Assembly: GCA_964291675.2 (NCBI GenBank)
Contig: OZ219866.1
Coordinates: forward strand, 2,336,001 to 2,400,000
DNA: 64,000 nt
Source: Alphaproteobacteria bacterium
Lineage (GTDB): Bacteria; Pseudomonadota; Alphaproteobacteria; MPNO01
Direction: 5' to 3'
Part shown: piece by piece, positions 20,734-30,663 of the stretch
How the letters are laid out: each line of letters opens with the position of its first letter
Numbering within the stretch: the first letter of the stretch is position 1
Translations under genes and position numbers: made by a program
The notes under the pieces: generated by a model
Told to the model about the DNA's origin: nothing
Databases searched by the model: none
Seen by the model: only the letters and a program-made list of their open reading frames with translations

Positions 20734-22164
20734 ATGCAGCGGGACCGCTACGGGTTCTCCATCGCCACCGCCAGCGCCGAGGCGGCCTCGCGCTACCGCG
20801 ACGGGGTCGATCTCCACCTGTCCGGCAACCCGGGCGGCGCTGCGGCGCTGCGGGAGGCGGCGGCGACTGACCCCGGCTTCGCCCTGGCGCCGGCCGCGCT
20901 CGCCGTGGTGCTGCGCGACAGCGGGCGGCGCGACGAGGCGAAGGAGACCGCCGGGCTGGCGCGCTCGCTCGCCGCGAACGCCAGCCGGCGCGAGCGGCAG
21001 CACGTCGAGGCGATCGCGGCGCTTGCCGAGGGCGAGGGCGCGCGGGCGTTCTCGCTGATGCAGGACCATCTCGCGGAATTTCCGCGCGACGCGCTGATCC
21101 TGTTCGGCGCCGACCGCTATCTGTTCTACAGCGGCGGCGAGGACCGCCAGCGATTGCAGCACGACCTGCTCGAAGGGTTCGCCGGCGACTACGAAGACGA
21201 CTGGTGGTTCCCCGGCCAGTACGGCTTCGCGCTCGGCGAGTGCGGCCGCTACGACAGGGCGGTCGAGGAGGCAAGGCGTTCGCTCGCGCTCAACCCGAAG
21301 AATCTGTGGGCCGCCCACACGCTGGCCCATGTCTATGCCGACACCAAGGACGACGAGGCGGGCGCGGCGTTTCTCGGGCCCTGGCTCGGCGACTTCGATC
21401 CGCGCGCGCCGATGTTCGGCCACACGTCGTGGCATCTCGCGCTGTTCGAGCTCGGGCTGGGGCGCCACGCGCGGGCGATGGAGGTCTACCGGAGTGCGGT
21501 GCGCCCCGCGGTCTGCTCGCATCGCAGCACGCTCAACAACGCGGCCTCCTTCCTGTGGCGCTGCATGGTCTACGGCTACGCCCCGGAAGCGGAACAATGG
21601 GACGAGCTCCAGCCGCTCGCCGCCGGCGTCTCCGGCCCGGCGCGCGGCGAATGGGACGGCATGAACGCCGCGCTCGCCTTCGCCGGGGCCGGCAACGAGG
21701 CGGGCAAGGACGCGCTGGTCGCCGGCCTCCGCGAGCTCGGCGCGGGCGGCCGGACGCGCGCCGTCGAGGTGGGGCTGCCGCTGGTCGAGGGCGCCTGGGC
21801 GTTCGCCCGCGGGGATTACGGCGCGGCGATCGGCTCGATGGCGCCGGCGATCCAGCGCATCGAGGGCGTCGGCGGCAGCAACGCCCAGCACGAGGTGTTC
21901 TGGGACGCGCTGATCGAGGCCTGTCTGCGCACCGAGCGCTTCGCCGAGGCCGAGGCGGTGCAGAAGAGCCGCCTCGACCCGCGCCCGACGGTGCGCGACC
22001 TGTTCCGCCTCGGCCGGGCGCAGCTCGGGCTCGGAAAGCCGGACGAGGCGACCGGCAACCTGCGCCGCGCCGCCGAGGGCTGGCGCGACGCGGACCCGGG
22101 CTCTCCCGAGGTCGCGGCGCTCGACGCGCTGTTGCAGCCGATCGCGTCGGAGGCGCCAACATGA
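20734..22164 (+). CDS. TPR protein (TTC38-like)
   Basis: WAAHTLAHV, HTSWHLALFEL, ASFLWR, GGSNAQ. Confidence 0.85.
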   Translation: MQRDRYGFSIATASAEAASRYRDGVDLHLSGNPGGAAALREAAATDPGFALAPAALAVVLRDSGRRDEAKETAGLARSLAANASRRERQHVEAIAALAEGEGARAFSLMQDHLAEFPRDALILFGADRYLFYSGGEDRQRLQHDLLEGFAGDYEDDWWFPGQYGFALGECGRYDRAVEEARRSLALNPKNLWAAHTLAHVYADTKDDEAGAAFLGPWLGDFDPRAPMFGHTSWHLALFELGLGRHARAMEVYRSAVRPAVCSHRSTLNNAASFLWRCMVYGYAPEAEQWDELQPLAAGVSGPARGEWDGMNAALAFAGAGNEAGKDALVAGLRELGAGGRTRAVEVGLPLVEGAWAFARGDYGAAIGSMAPAIQRIEGVGGSNAQHEVFWDALIEACLRTERFAEAEAVQKSRLDPRPTVRDLFRLGRAQLGLGKPDEATGNLRRAAEGWRDADPGSPEVAALDALLQPIASEAPT

Positions 22165-22340
22165 GCACGAGCATCACCGTCCGCGGCATCGATCCCGGCG
22201 ACAAGTCCCGGCTCCGGCGCGAAGCCCGCCGCATCGGCGTGTCGATGGAGGAGCTGGTCCGCCGGCTGATCCACGAGAAGCGCATCGAGGCCGAGCGTCG
22301 TCCTTCGATACGCCCGCCTGTGGCGGGCTACTCAGGATGA
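22161..22340 (+). pseudogene. Ribbon-helix-helix (FitA-like antitoxin) remnant truncated by a repeat
   Basis: MSTSITVRGID..KSRLRREARRIGVSMEELVRRLI, then reads into a family A repeat; no toxin gene follows. Confidence 0.65.
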
Positions 22341-22634
22341 GGGTGTTTTCCTGGCCCCCGGAAACCCCTCATCCTGAGTAGCGGCGAAGCCGCGTATCGA
22401 AGGACGCCCCGCCATGCCCCAACCCGTCATGCCCGGACTTGTTCCGGGCATCTCTCGCGACCGGTTGCCTTGCCGGCGGCGGGCGGCGTGGATGGCCGGA
22501 ACAGGTCCGGCCATGACGAGGGTCCTTCGATACGCCCGCCTGCGGTGGGCTACTCAGGACGAGGGAGGGTCGTTGGCTGGCGCTGCACCACGCCCCTCAT
22601 CCTGAGTAGCGGCGAAGCCGCGTATCGAAGGACC
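22299..22634. repeat. A-B-A palindromic repeat cluster (A 22299-22406, B 22425-22518, A 22521-22634)
   Basis: GTCCTTCGATACG..GCTACTCAGGATGAGG / CCTCATCCTGAGTAGC..CGTATCGAAGGAC; B = CGTCATGCCCGGACTTGTTCCGGGCATC..GGATGGCCGG..CCGGCCATGACG. Confidence 0.92.
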
Positions 22635-22656
22635 TGCCTCGGCCTCCCCGGCCGCT

Positions 22657-24360
22657 TCAGCGCACGCCGAGCGCGAAATCGGCGGTGCCGCCGGCCGGCT
22701 CGAACTTCGAAAAGAACTCCACGACGGCGGAGAGCTCGCCCGTAAGCGAAACCTCGCCGCTCTCGATACCGTCCTCGAAGCTCGGACCGCCGCCCGCCCA
22801 GGCGCTCAGGAATTGACGCGGGAAGGTGAGCGTTGCGTCGCGGCTTGCCGGCGGCGTCTCGTGGAACTGGCAGACGCCGCGCCGGATCTCCAGGGCGAAC
22901 GACTCCCCGGTGTCGGTCGTCGCGAAGCCGAGCACGATCCGGGTATCCATGCAGTCTTCGGCCCTCAGCCTGACGGTCAGCAGCTCCAGCAACCCGCCCA
23001 TCGGGTAGTTGCGTGCCCGGTCGGGCTGGATCCGATGGCCGCCGCGCTGCTCGCCGAGGCCGTCTTCCAGCTCCAGCGCCTGGCACAGCGCCCAGTTGCG
23101 CCAGGTGCTTGTCTTCTGCCCGTAGCCCCAGGCCCTGAGCGCCGCCGCCTTCACGCCGCGCGCTTCCATGTCGGCGGTGTCCGCCCGCACCGCCCAGGTG
23201 GCGATGTCGGCGGCCCAGCGAAAATCCCCGGCCGCGATCGCCTGGCGCGCTTCGGAGAGCACCGCATCGCGCCCGCCCATCGCGCGGACATAGCGCCCGG
23301 CCCGTTCGCGCCAGGGCAGCGGGTCGAGCTCCACCGCGTCGCCCTGGAACCAGCCGACATAGCCGGCATAGACGCTGCGCACCGAGTGCTTGTAGCTGCC
23401 GTAGAACTCGCCCAGCCAGGGATGCGAGGCGAGATGCGGCGGCATGGTGACCTTTTCCGCGAGCTCGTCCCAGGTGCAGCCCTTGTTGATCCATCTGACG
23501 GCCTGGTCGTGCAGGTACTGGATCGCGTCCCGATGCGCGGTCAACACGTCGTCCACGGCATCGGCGCCCTCCACGGTGGGCCCGTGATGGGGGATCAGGA
23601 TCTCCGCCCCGAAGGCGCGCAGCCGGTCGATCCCCTTGGCCCACAGCATCGGGTTGCGAAACTGCGTGCCGCGCAGCGCATAGACGTTGGGAAAGGTCAT
23701 GCCCTGGATGGCGTCGGCGGAGATCAGCACCCTTTCGTCGGGCAGCCAGACGACGCACTGGTCGTCGGTCTCGCTCGGCACGTGCACGACGTGCAGCCGG
23801 ATGCCGGCGATCTCGACCTCCAGCCTGTCCTCGAAGGTCCGGGTCGGGTTGGCGAAGCCCGCCTTGCCGCGCCGGGGCGGGGCGCCGATCGCGCTGCCGA
23901 AGGAGCCGGTCTCGCCGAATCCCAGATGGGCGCCGAACTGATAGGGGCCGCGGCGGCGCCGGATGGGGGCGAGAATGCCCTCGTCGCGCAGCAGATTGTC
24001 GGTCAGCCCGGACTGGCCGATGACCTCCACCTCGCCCGCCCGGATGTCCTCTTCGGAGACAAAGCTGAAGATGCCGCTGACGTGATCGCCGTGAAAATGG
24101 GTCACGATCACCGCCCTGATCGGAAGGTCGGTGATCTCGCGGAAGGCGGCGGCGGCCTCGTCGCCCGGCAGCTCGCCGCTCAGCGTATCGACGAGGACGC
24201 AGCCGTCGGTGCCCACGATCAGCGTGCAGTTCGAGCCGGTATAGCAGTGCGCCGTATGGATGTGCCCCCGCGTCGTGATGATCCGCGGCGTGGCATAGAG
24301 CGCCATCTGGGCCGCGAGGTCGGGATGCACCCCCGGTTCGGCGACGGACTTCTCTGACAT
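22657..24360 (-). CDS. Alkyl sulfatase (SdsA1/Pisa1-type MBL fold + dimerisation + SCP2 domain)
   Basis: THFHGDH, PSETDD, FPNVYALRG..R, PHHG, EFYG, Y.GWFQG, WRNW; no signal peptide. Confidence 0.9.
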   Translation of the reverse strand: MSEKSVAEPGVHPDLAAQMALYATPRIITTRGHIHTAHCYTGSNCTLIVGTDGCVLVDTLSGELPGDEAAAAFREITDLPIRAVIVTHFHGDHVSGIFSFVSEEDIRAGEVEVIGQSGLTDNLLRDEGILAPIRRRRGPYQFGAHLGFGETGSFGSAIGAPPRRGKAGFANPTRTFEDRLEVEIAGIRLHVVHVPSETDDQCVVWLPDERVLISADAIQGMTFPNVYALRGTQFRNPMLWAKGIDRLRAFGAEILIPHHGPTVEGADAVDDVLTAHRDAIQYLHDQAVRWINKGCTWDELAEKVTMPPHLASHPWLGEFYGSYKHSVRSVYAGYVGWFQGDAVELDPLPWRERAGRYVRAMGGRDAVLSEARQAIAAGDFRWAADIATWAVRADTADMEARGVKAAALRAWGYGQKTSTWRNWALCQALELEDGLGEQRGGHRIQPDRARNYPMGGLLELLTVRLRAEDCMDTRIVLGFATTDTGESFALEIRRGVCQFHETPPASRDATLTFPRQFLSAWAGGGPSFEDGIESGEVSLTGELSAVVEFFSKFEPAGGTADFALGVR

Positions 24361-24448
24361 GACTGCTCCTCGGCAGAATCGAGCGGGAGGTCAGTGTAGC
24401 CGCACGGACCTGCGAAGTGGATCGCGCCGCACCCTTCGCGGCCCGCCG

Positions 24449-24477
24449 TTGACACTGCCCGGACGCCCGTCGAAACT
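24449..24477 (+). promoter_or_regulatory. Possible sigma70 promoter of the Rieske/ABC operon
   Basis: TTGACA-17bp-GAAACT in the divergent intergenic region. Confidence 0.35.
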
Positions 24478-24523
24478 CCAAGGGTCGGAGTTCTGTGACG
24501 CGAGACAGGCCAGGGGTGTTCGA

Positions 24524-25510
24524 ATGAACACGACCTCCGTAAGCATCGCGTTGGAACGCTACGATCGCCACATCCCCTTGTTCATGGGGACCGTCGCGCT
24601 GCCGGCGAACCTGGAGCTCGTCCCCCTGGAAGTCGCCGTCGGACCGATGCCGGGGCGCCGGGACGGCATGGATCGTCACGGCCGGATGTTCAACGACCAC
24701 GCCTTCGACATCTGCGAGCAATCGCTGGCGTCCTACGTCATGGCGAAGAGCCGGGGCCTGCCGTTCTCGGCGACGCCGGTGTTCCCCCGGCGGCTGTTCA
24801 GCCAGAGCCAGATATTCGTCAACGTGGACGCCGACATCGAAGCGCCTTCCGACCTGATCGGCAAGAAGGTCGGGGTCTGGTCGTTTCAGAACACGCTTTG
24901 CGTGCTTCTGAAAGGCGACCTCAGGCGCGAGTACGGCGTGAGCTGGGCCGATATTCACTGGTACGCCCAGAACCGGGAGCTGATCCCGTGGCAGCCCCGC
25001 GCGGGCCTCTCCATCCAGCCCATTGCCGGCGACAAGGATTTGGGCCGGATGCTGATCGAGGGCGAGCTGGACGCGATTCTGCACCCCGAACCGCCGCCCG
25101 AGATCCTCAAGCGGACCGATCGCGTCCGCCGCCTGTTTTCCGACAGCCGCGCGGTCGCCGAGCGCTATTTCGAGAAGAACGGATACTTCCCGATCATGCA
25201 CGTGCTGAGCTTTCGCCAGGACGTCGTCGACCGGGAGCCGTGGCTGCCGCTGGCGATCGTCGACGTCTGGGAGGATGCGAAAGTCCAGGCGGACGCGTTC
25301 TACGACGACCCAGGGTTCCTCCAGCTCGCCTTCGGGCGTTCCGAGTACGAGCATCAGCGCGAAACCATGGGGGCGGATTTGTTCCCCTCGGGTCTCGCCG
25401 CGAACCGGCGATATCTCGACAGGTTCATCGACGACATGGTGGACCAGGAGCTGATCGACCGACGGATCGAGGTCGAGACCCTGTTCCACGAATCGACCTG
25501 GGCGACCTGA
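24524..25510 (+). CDS. 4,5-dihydroxyphthalate decarboxylase-like protein (OphC/Pht5 family)
   Basis: YDRHIPL, FDICEQSLASY, PVFPRRLF, LIEGELDA, FPIMH, GLAANR. Confidence 0.82.
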   Translation: MNTTSVSIALERYDRHIPLFMGTVALPANLELVPLEVAVGPMPGRRDGMDRHGRMFNDHAFDICEQSLASYVMAKSRGLPFSATPVFPRRLFSQSQIFVNVDADIEAPSDLIGKKVGVWSFQNTLCVLLKGDLRREYGVSWADIHWYAQNRELIPWQPRAGLSIQPIAGDKDLGRMLIEGELDAILHPEPPPEILKRTDRVRRLFSDSRAVAERYFEKNGYFPIMHVLSFRQDVVDREPWLPLAIVDVWEDAKVQADAFYDDPGFLQLAFGRSEYEHQRETMGADLFPSGLAANRRYLDRFIDDMVDQELIDRRIEVETLFHESTWAT

Positions 25511-25522
25511 AAGGAGCCGGGC

Positions 25523-26593
25523 ATGTTTCTGGAAAACTTCTGGTATGTCGCCGGCTTCCCCGACGAGTTCGCGGGCAAGCTCGTGGCGCGGACCTTTCTC
25601 GGTCAGGCCGTGGTGCTGTTCCGCGCCTCGGACGGCGCCGTGGTGGCGTTCGAGGATCGCTGCGCCCATCGCCGGCTTCCGCTGTCGCTGGGCCGGCTGG
25701 ACAACGACACGATCGAGTGCGGCTATCACGGGCTGGTCTACGACCGCACGGGGGCGTGCATCAAGGTGCCGGGCCAGGAGCGCATCCCGAGGGGCGCGCG
25801 GGTCCGGTCCTACCCCGTCGTCGACCGGCACGCCTATGTCTGGATCTGGATGGGCGACCCGGATCTGGCCGACGAGAGCACGATCCCGGATTTCAGCCGG
25901 CTGACCAACCCCAGCCTGGGGCGTCACCGGATCGCGCTGCACATCCTCGGCAATTACCAGCTTATCGTCGATAACCTGCTCGATCTCTCGCATTTGCCTT
26001 ACGTACACGGCACCACGACCGGAAATCCGCCCGTTTCCGAGGATGCGAAGGTGGCGAACGAGCGCCACGGCGACACGGTGCAGGTCAAGCGCTGGGCGAG
26101 GGACGTCCCGCCGTCGCGCACCTTCGCCGAGTTCGGCGAATACCGCGAGAATATCGACATGTGGACGATATCCCAGTTCCAGCCGCCCTCCTACATCCGG
26201 GTGAGCTACGGCTCGGTTCCCGCCAGCCGCGGCATACCCGAGGGCGGCCCTCCCGGCGACGCCATATGGCAGCCCGGGCATTGGGGCTTCCAGGTGTTTC
26301 ACGGCCTCACGCCGGAGACCGACGTGACCACGCACCAGTTCCGCTACATCCTGCACGAGAAGGGAGCGGCGGACGAAGCGGCGACGGCCGAGTTCTATCG
26401 CCAGAACGATCAGATCATCAACGAGGACCGGGTGATCTTCGAGGCCCAGCAGAAGGCGCTGTCGAGCGACCCGCACGGCGCTACCGCGGAGGATCTCAAG
26501 TCCGACGCGACCATCGTTGCCGATGGCGGGCTGGACCTGGCCCGGGCGATCAACACGTCGATCGCCCGGAAATCCAATGCGCCGCCTCGGTGA
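25523..26593 (+). CDS. VanA-type Rieske oxygenase alpha subunit
   Basis: DRCAHR..CGYHG; DNLLDLSHLPYVH; NED. Confidence 0.92.
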   Translation: MFLENFWYVAGFPDEFAGKLVARTFLGQAVVLFRASDGAVVAFEDRCAHRRLPLSLGRLDNDTIECGYHGLVYDRTGACIKVPGQERIPRGARVRSYPVVDRHAYVWIWMGDPDLADESTIPDFSRLTNPSLGRHRIALHILGNYQLIVDNLLDLSHLPYVHGTTTGNPPVSEDAKVANERHGDTVQVKRWARDVPPSRTFAEFGEYRENIDMWTISQFQPPSYIRVSYGSVPASRGIPEGGPPGDAIWQPGHWGFQVFHGLTPETDVTTHQFRYILHEKGAADEAATAEFYRQNDQIINEDRVIFEAQQKALSSDPHGATAEDLKSDATIVADGGLDLARAINTSIARKSNAPPR

Positions 26594-26678
26594 GGCCGAA
26601 GACGGGCGTTCGATCGGTCCGGGTCGTCCGGGCCCGGCGCGAGTCCGGGTCCACGGCTGACCCGACGAGGAGGCGAGG

Positions 26679-27752
26679 ATGTTCCTGGAGGACAACTGGT
26701 ACGTCGCCGCCTGGTCCGACGAGGTGGGCCGGTCCCTGTTTCCCCGCACCCTGCTCGACCGGCCCGTCGTCATGTACCGGAAAGGCGACGGCACCGTGGT
26801 CGCGCTCGAGGACCGCTGCGCCCACCGCAAGCTTCCGCTCTCCGAGGGGCGGCTCGTCGGCGACCGGATCGAGTGCGGCTATCACGGGCTGGTCTATGAC
26901 GGCTCGGGCCGGTGCGTGCACGTGCCCGGACAGGTCCGGATCCCGCGCCGCGCGCGCACCCGCGCCTATCCGGTGGTCGAACGCGACCGGTTCATACTGA
27001 TCTGGATGGGCGACCCCGAGCGCGCGGACCCGGACAGGATCGTCAGCTTTCCGCGCCTGAGCGACCCGTCATGGGGATGCAGCAAGGTCCGGCTGTACGT
27101 GAAGGCGAACTACCTGCTGATCTTCGACAACCTGCTCGACCTCTCGCATGTCGCCTATGTCCACGACACGACGATCGGCAACGCTCCGGTCGCCGAGGAG
27201 GCCGCGATCGAGATCGAGCAGGACGGCAACGACGTCTGCGTGACGCGGGAGATGGTCGACGTCCCCGCCGCCCCCAACTACGCGCAGTTCGGACCCTACC
27301 AGGGTCGGTTCGACCGCTGGCAGGTCGGGAAGTACATCTACCCCTCGTATTTCTACATCAACAACGGATGCGCCGCGGCGAACAGCGGCAACGGCGACGG
27401 CTCCCGGCTCGACACCCCCGGCGAATGGGGGTTTCAGGTCTATCACGGCATCACCCCCGAGACGGAGCGCACGACACACCAGTTCTGGGTCATCGCCCAC
27501 GACCTGGAGATGATCGCGGAGCGGGATCGGCCGGAGTTCTACCGGCAGCATCACCAGGTCATCGGTGAGGATGTGGTCATGTACGAAGCGCAGCAGCACT
27601 CGCTCGACACCGATCCGGCCGGCGCGACGCCCTACGACGTGCAGAGCCGGGCGGCGATCGAGGCGGATACCGGGCTGACCATGGCCCGCAACATCATCAG
27701 GCGGTTGCACAAGAATATCGCAGCAAGAACCCACCCGGCGGACCCCGCATAG
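26679..27752 (+). CDS. VanA-type Rieske oxygenase alpha subunit
   Basis: DRCAHR..CGYHG; DNLLDLSHVAYVH; GED. Confidence 0.92.
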   Translation: MFLEDNWYVAAWSDEVGRSLFPRTLLDRPVVMYRKGDGTVVALEDRCAHRKLPLSEGRLVGDRIECGYHGLVYDGSGRCVHVPGQVRIPRRARTRAYPVVERDRFILIWMGDPERADPDRIVSFPRLSDPSWGCSKVRLYVKANYLLIFDNLLDLSHVAYVHDTTIGNAPVAEEAAIEIEQDGNDVCVTREMVDVPAAPNYAQFGPYQGRFDRWQVGKYIYPSYFYINNGCAAANSGNGDGSRLDTPGEWGFQVYHGITPETERTTHQFWVIAHDLEMIAERDRPEFYRQHHQVIGEDVVMYEAQQHSLDTDPAGATPYDVQSRAAIEADTGLTMARNIIRRLHKNIAARTHPADPA

Positions 27753-27780
27753 GAACGCCGGGGCGACAGGAGGACGACCA

Positions 27781-28905
27781 ATGGCGAGAAATCCGAACAC
27801 GACGACCACGCGACGGGAGGTCATCAAGGGCGCCGGCGCCGGCGCGGCTACGGCGGTGCTGGGCGGTGCGATGGGGTTCCCGGCCCCGGCCATCGCCAAG
27901 AACAAGACGCTCGACTTCACGCTCTCGTGGCTGCCCACCGGCCAGTACGCCTATGTCACGCTGGCCAAGCAGATGTTCTGGAAGAAGCGCGGCCTCGATG
28001 TCAGCGTCAAGCGCGGCTACGGCTCGCTGGCGACCATCCAGGCGATGAACACCGGCAAGTTCGATGTCGGCGGCGCGGCGACCTCGACCGCGCTGCTCGG
28101 CATGTTCCGCGGCCTCGACCTCAGGTTCGTCGCCACCCACGCCTACGATTCGACGATGGGCTTCATCGTGCCGGCCGACGGGCCGATCAACACGCCCAAG
28201 GACTTCGAGGGCAAGAAGCTCGGCCTGGTGCCGACCAGCGGCGAGACGCCGTTCGTGCCGACCTATCTGAAGCTCGCCGGCGTGGACGAGAGCAAGATCC
28301 AGACGGTGGCGCTCGATTCCCAGCTCGTCGAGCAGGCCCTGCTCTCCGGCCGCGTCGACATCATCGTCGGCTTCGGGATGAGCTCGACGCCCAAGTTCAT
28401 CATGAAGGACTTCAAGGTGAAGCTCCTGCCGTTCTCCGGCGTGGGGCTGAAGTTCTACTGGGTGAACTCGCTGATCCGGCCCGACTTCCTGAAGAAGGAG
28501 CCGCAGGTCTGCGCCGATATCGTCGCCGGCCTGCTGGAGGGGCAGAAATTCGCCCTGCTCAACCCCGAAGAGGCCGTCGAACGCCATCTCAAGGAGTATC
28601 CGGAGATTGCCGCGCTGACCAAGGGCAAGCTCGATGTCGAGCTCGGCGTCAACATGATCAACGCCAATCTGATCACCGAGGAGACGATGAAGCACTCCCT
28701 CGGCTACACCGATCTCGACAAGATCCGCGAGCAGATCAAGCTGGTGCGCAAGTTCGTCGCCAAGAAGGAGGACCCGAGCCCGCCTCCCGTCGAGTCGTTC
28801 GTCTCCAACGACATGATCGGCAAGGTCACGCTGACGCCCGACGAGTGGAACGCGGCCAGGGAGAAGTCCAGGGCCTATGGCGCGATCCTGGGTCTGAAGG
28901 TCTAG
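27781..28905 (+). CDS. ABC substrate-binding protein, NMT1/THI5/SsuA-like, Tat signal
   Basis: TRREVIKGAG leader; LSWLPTGQY, GLDVSV.RGYGS, DFEGKKLG. Confidence 0.88.
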   Translation: MARNPNTTTTRREVIKGAGAGAATAVLGGAMGFPAPAIAKNKTLDFTLSWLPTGQYAYVTLAKQMFWKKRGLDVSVKRGYGSLATIQAMNTGKFDVGGAATSTALLGMFRGLDLRFVATHAYDSTMGFIVPADGPINTPKDFEGKKLGLVPTSGETPFVPTYLKLAGVDESKIQTVALDSQLVEQALLSGRVDIIVGFGMSSTPKFIMKDFKVKLLPFSGVGLKFYWVNSLIRPDFLKKEPQVCADIVAGLLEGQKFALLNPEEAVERHLKEYPEIAALTKGKLDVELGVNMINANLITEETMKHSLGYTDLDKIREQIKLVRKFVAKKEDPSPPPVESFVSNDMIGKVTLTPDEWNAAREKSRAYGAILGLKV

Positions 28906-28933
28906 CCTGGCGGCTGGCGACCCCGGGGCCGGA

Positions 28934-29782
28934 ATGGCGCAAGATCGGATGACCGGGACTTCTTCCGGTCCCGGGGGCGAGCGCGATGCCGACATCGTTT
29001 GTCGGCAGGTGCGCAAGGTCTACAACGCCAACGGCAGGCCGCTGGAAGCCGTCCGCAACGCGGACTTCACGGTCGCCGACGGCGAGTTCGTGGCGCTGCT
29101 GGGGCCGAGCGGCTGCGGCAAGAGTACGCTCTTGATGATGATCGGGGGGATCGAGAGCATCACCGGCGGGGAGATCCATGCCGGCGGCGAGCCGGTGACG
29201 GGGCCCAGGCGGGAGTTCGGGATCATGCTCCAGGATCCCACCCTGCTGCCGTGGAAGTCGGCGATGGACAACGTGATGTTCCCGATCGACATGATGCGCC
29301 TGTCGCGCAGGCAGTACATGGACCGCGCGCTGGAGCTTCTCCGCACCATCGGGCTCGCCGGGTTCGAGAGGGCGAAGCCCAGGGAGCTGTCGGGCGGGAT
29401 GCGCCAGCGGGTCGCGATCTGCCGCGCGCTGATCAGCGACCCCCGGGTCCTGCTGATGGACGAGCCGTTCAGCGCGCTCGATGCGATGACGCGCGACGAG
29501 ATGAACATTTTGATGCTGGACCTCTGGGAGACCTACCGGAAGACGGCGATCTTCGTCACCCATTCCATCCGCGAGGCGGTGCTGCTCTCCGACCGCGTGC
29601 TGGTCATGCGCGACCGGCCGTCGACGATCATCAGCGACACCAGCATCCCGTTCCCGCGTCCGCGCAGCATCGGCCTCGGCGAGACCCGGGAGTTCAACGA
29701 GATCTGCGCCATGCTGCGCGAGCAGATCGAGGTGGCGCGCAGCGAGGGCGGCGGCGCGGCGGAGCACAGGGCGGCGTCGTGA
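28934..29782 (+). CDS. ABC ATP-binding protein (TauB/SsuB-like)
   Basis: GPSGCGKST, LSGGMRQR, MDEPFSALD, VTHSIREA. Confidence 0.95.
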   Translation: MAQDRMTGTSSGPGGERDADIVCRQVRKVYNANGRPLEAVRNADFTVADGEFVALLGPSGCGKSTLLMMIGGIESITGGEIHAGGEPVTGPRREFGIMLQDPTLLPWKSAMDNVMFPIDMMRLSRRQYMDRALELLRTIGLAGFERAKPRELSGGMRQRVAICRALISDPRVLLMDEPFSALDAMTRDEMNILMLDLWETYRKTAIFVTHSIREAVLLSDRVLVMRDRPSTIISDTSIPFPRPRSIGLGETREFNEICAMLREQIEVARSEGGGAAEHRAAS

Positions 29783-30618
29783 AGGACCAGCCCCAGGTCC
29801 TGCCCGTCGAGGGCACCGTCATCGAGGGGCCGGGGCGCTATCGCCGGCGATTGACCGCGCTCTCCAGGCAGGCGCTGCTCGCGTCGGTCCTGCCGATCCT
29901 GACGGCGGCGATGGCCCTGCTGGCCTGGGAACTCCTGGTCCAGCAGAGCGGGATCGCGCACTCGATCCTGCCGCCGCCCAGCGCCATCTTCGACAAGCTG
30001 GTCGATTTTCTCGGGCTGCTGCTCAGGCACGCCGTACCCACCACCTACGAGACGCTGGTGGCGTTCGGGATCTCCATCCCGATCGGGATCGTGCTGGCGG
30101 CCATCATGATCTACTCGCCGCCGATCAACCGGGCGCTCTATGCGAATCTCGTCTTCTTCCAGCTCATTCCGAAGATCGCGCTGGCGCCCATGTTCATCGT
30201 CTGGCTGGGAATCGGCGCGGAGTCGCGGGTTGCGTTCTCCATCTTCATCAGTTTCTTCCCGATCCTGATCTCCACCGTCACCGGGCTGCAGGCGGTCGAT
30301 CGCGACATGCTCCGGCTCTGCAAGGCGGTGGGCGCAAGCGACTGGCAGGTCCTCATCCATGTCCGGTTCCCCTATTCGTTCCCCTACATATTCGCCGGCA
30401 TGAAGGTCGCGGTGACGCTTGCGATCATCGGCGTGGTGGTCGGCGAGTTCATCGCCTCGACCGAGGGTCTGGGCTATCTGATCCTGTTCGCGTCGTCGCG
30501 CCAGCAGACCGATCTCGGGCTCGCCGCGATCACGGTGCTGTGCGTCGTCGGGCTGATGTTCTACGCGCTCGTGGTGCTGAGCGAGATGGTCATCGAGAAA
30601 TTCTACGGCAGCCATTGA
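29779..30618 (+). CDS. ABC permease (TauC/SsuC-like)
   Basis: GTG overlapping upstream TGA; LPPPSAI, IPKIALAP, VVGEF..GLG. Confidence 0.92.
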   Translation: MKDQPQVLPVEGTVIEGPGRYRRRLTALSRQALLASVLPILTAAMALLAWELLVQQSGIAHSILPPPSAIFDKLVDFLGLLLRHAVPTTYETLVAFGISIPIGIVLAAIMIYSPPINRALYANLVFFQLIPKIALAPMFIVWLGIGAESRVAFSIFISFFPILISTVTGLQAVDRDMLRLCKAVGASDWQVLIHVRFPYSFPYIFAGMKVAVTLAIIGVVVGEFIASTEGLGYLILFASSRQQTDLGLAAITVLCVVGLMFYALVVLSEMVIEKFYGSH

Positions 30619-30663
30619 CCGGTCCGATGAGCCGAACGTCGAACCCCCGGAAGGGTTGAACCC

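Noticed and set aside
22161-22340. Functional toxin-antitoxin module
   Set aside because: The antitoxin-like ORF is truncated by a repeat and no PIN toxin follows
22299-22634. Repeat clusters as a CRISPR array
   Set aside because: Units are inverted palindromes with irregular spacing, dispersed singly, and no cas genes are present
22550-26830. Very long alternative ORFs (1426 aa here; also 2935-5916, 8250-10793, 17642-20395, 58681-61023)
   Set aside because: Antisense or off-frame shadows of real high-GC genes with no recognisable domains
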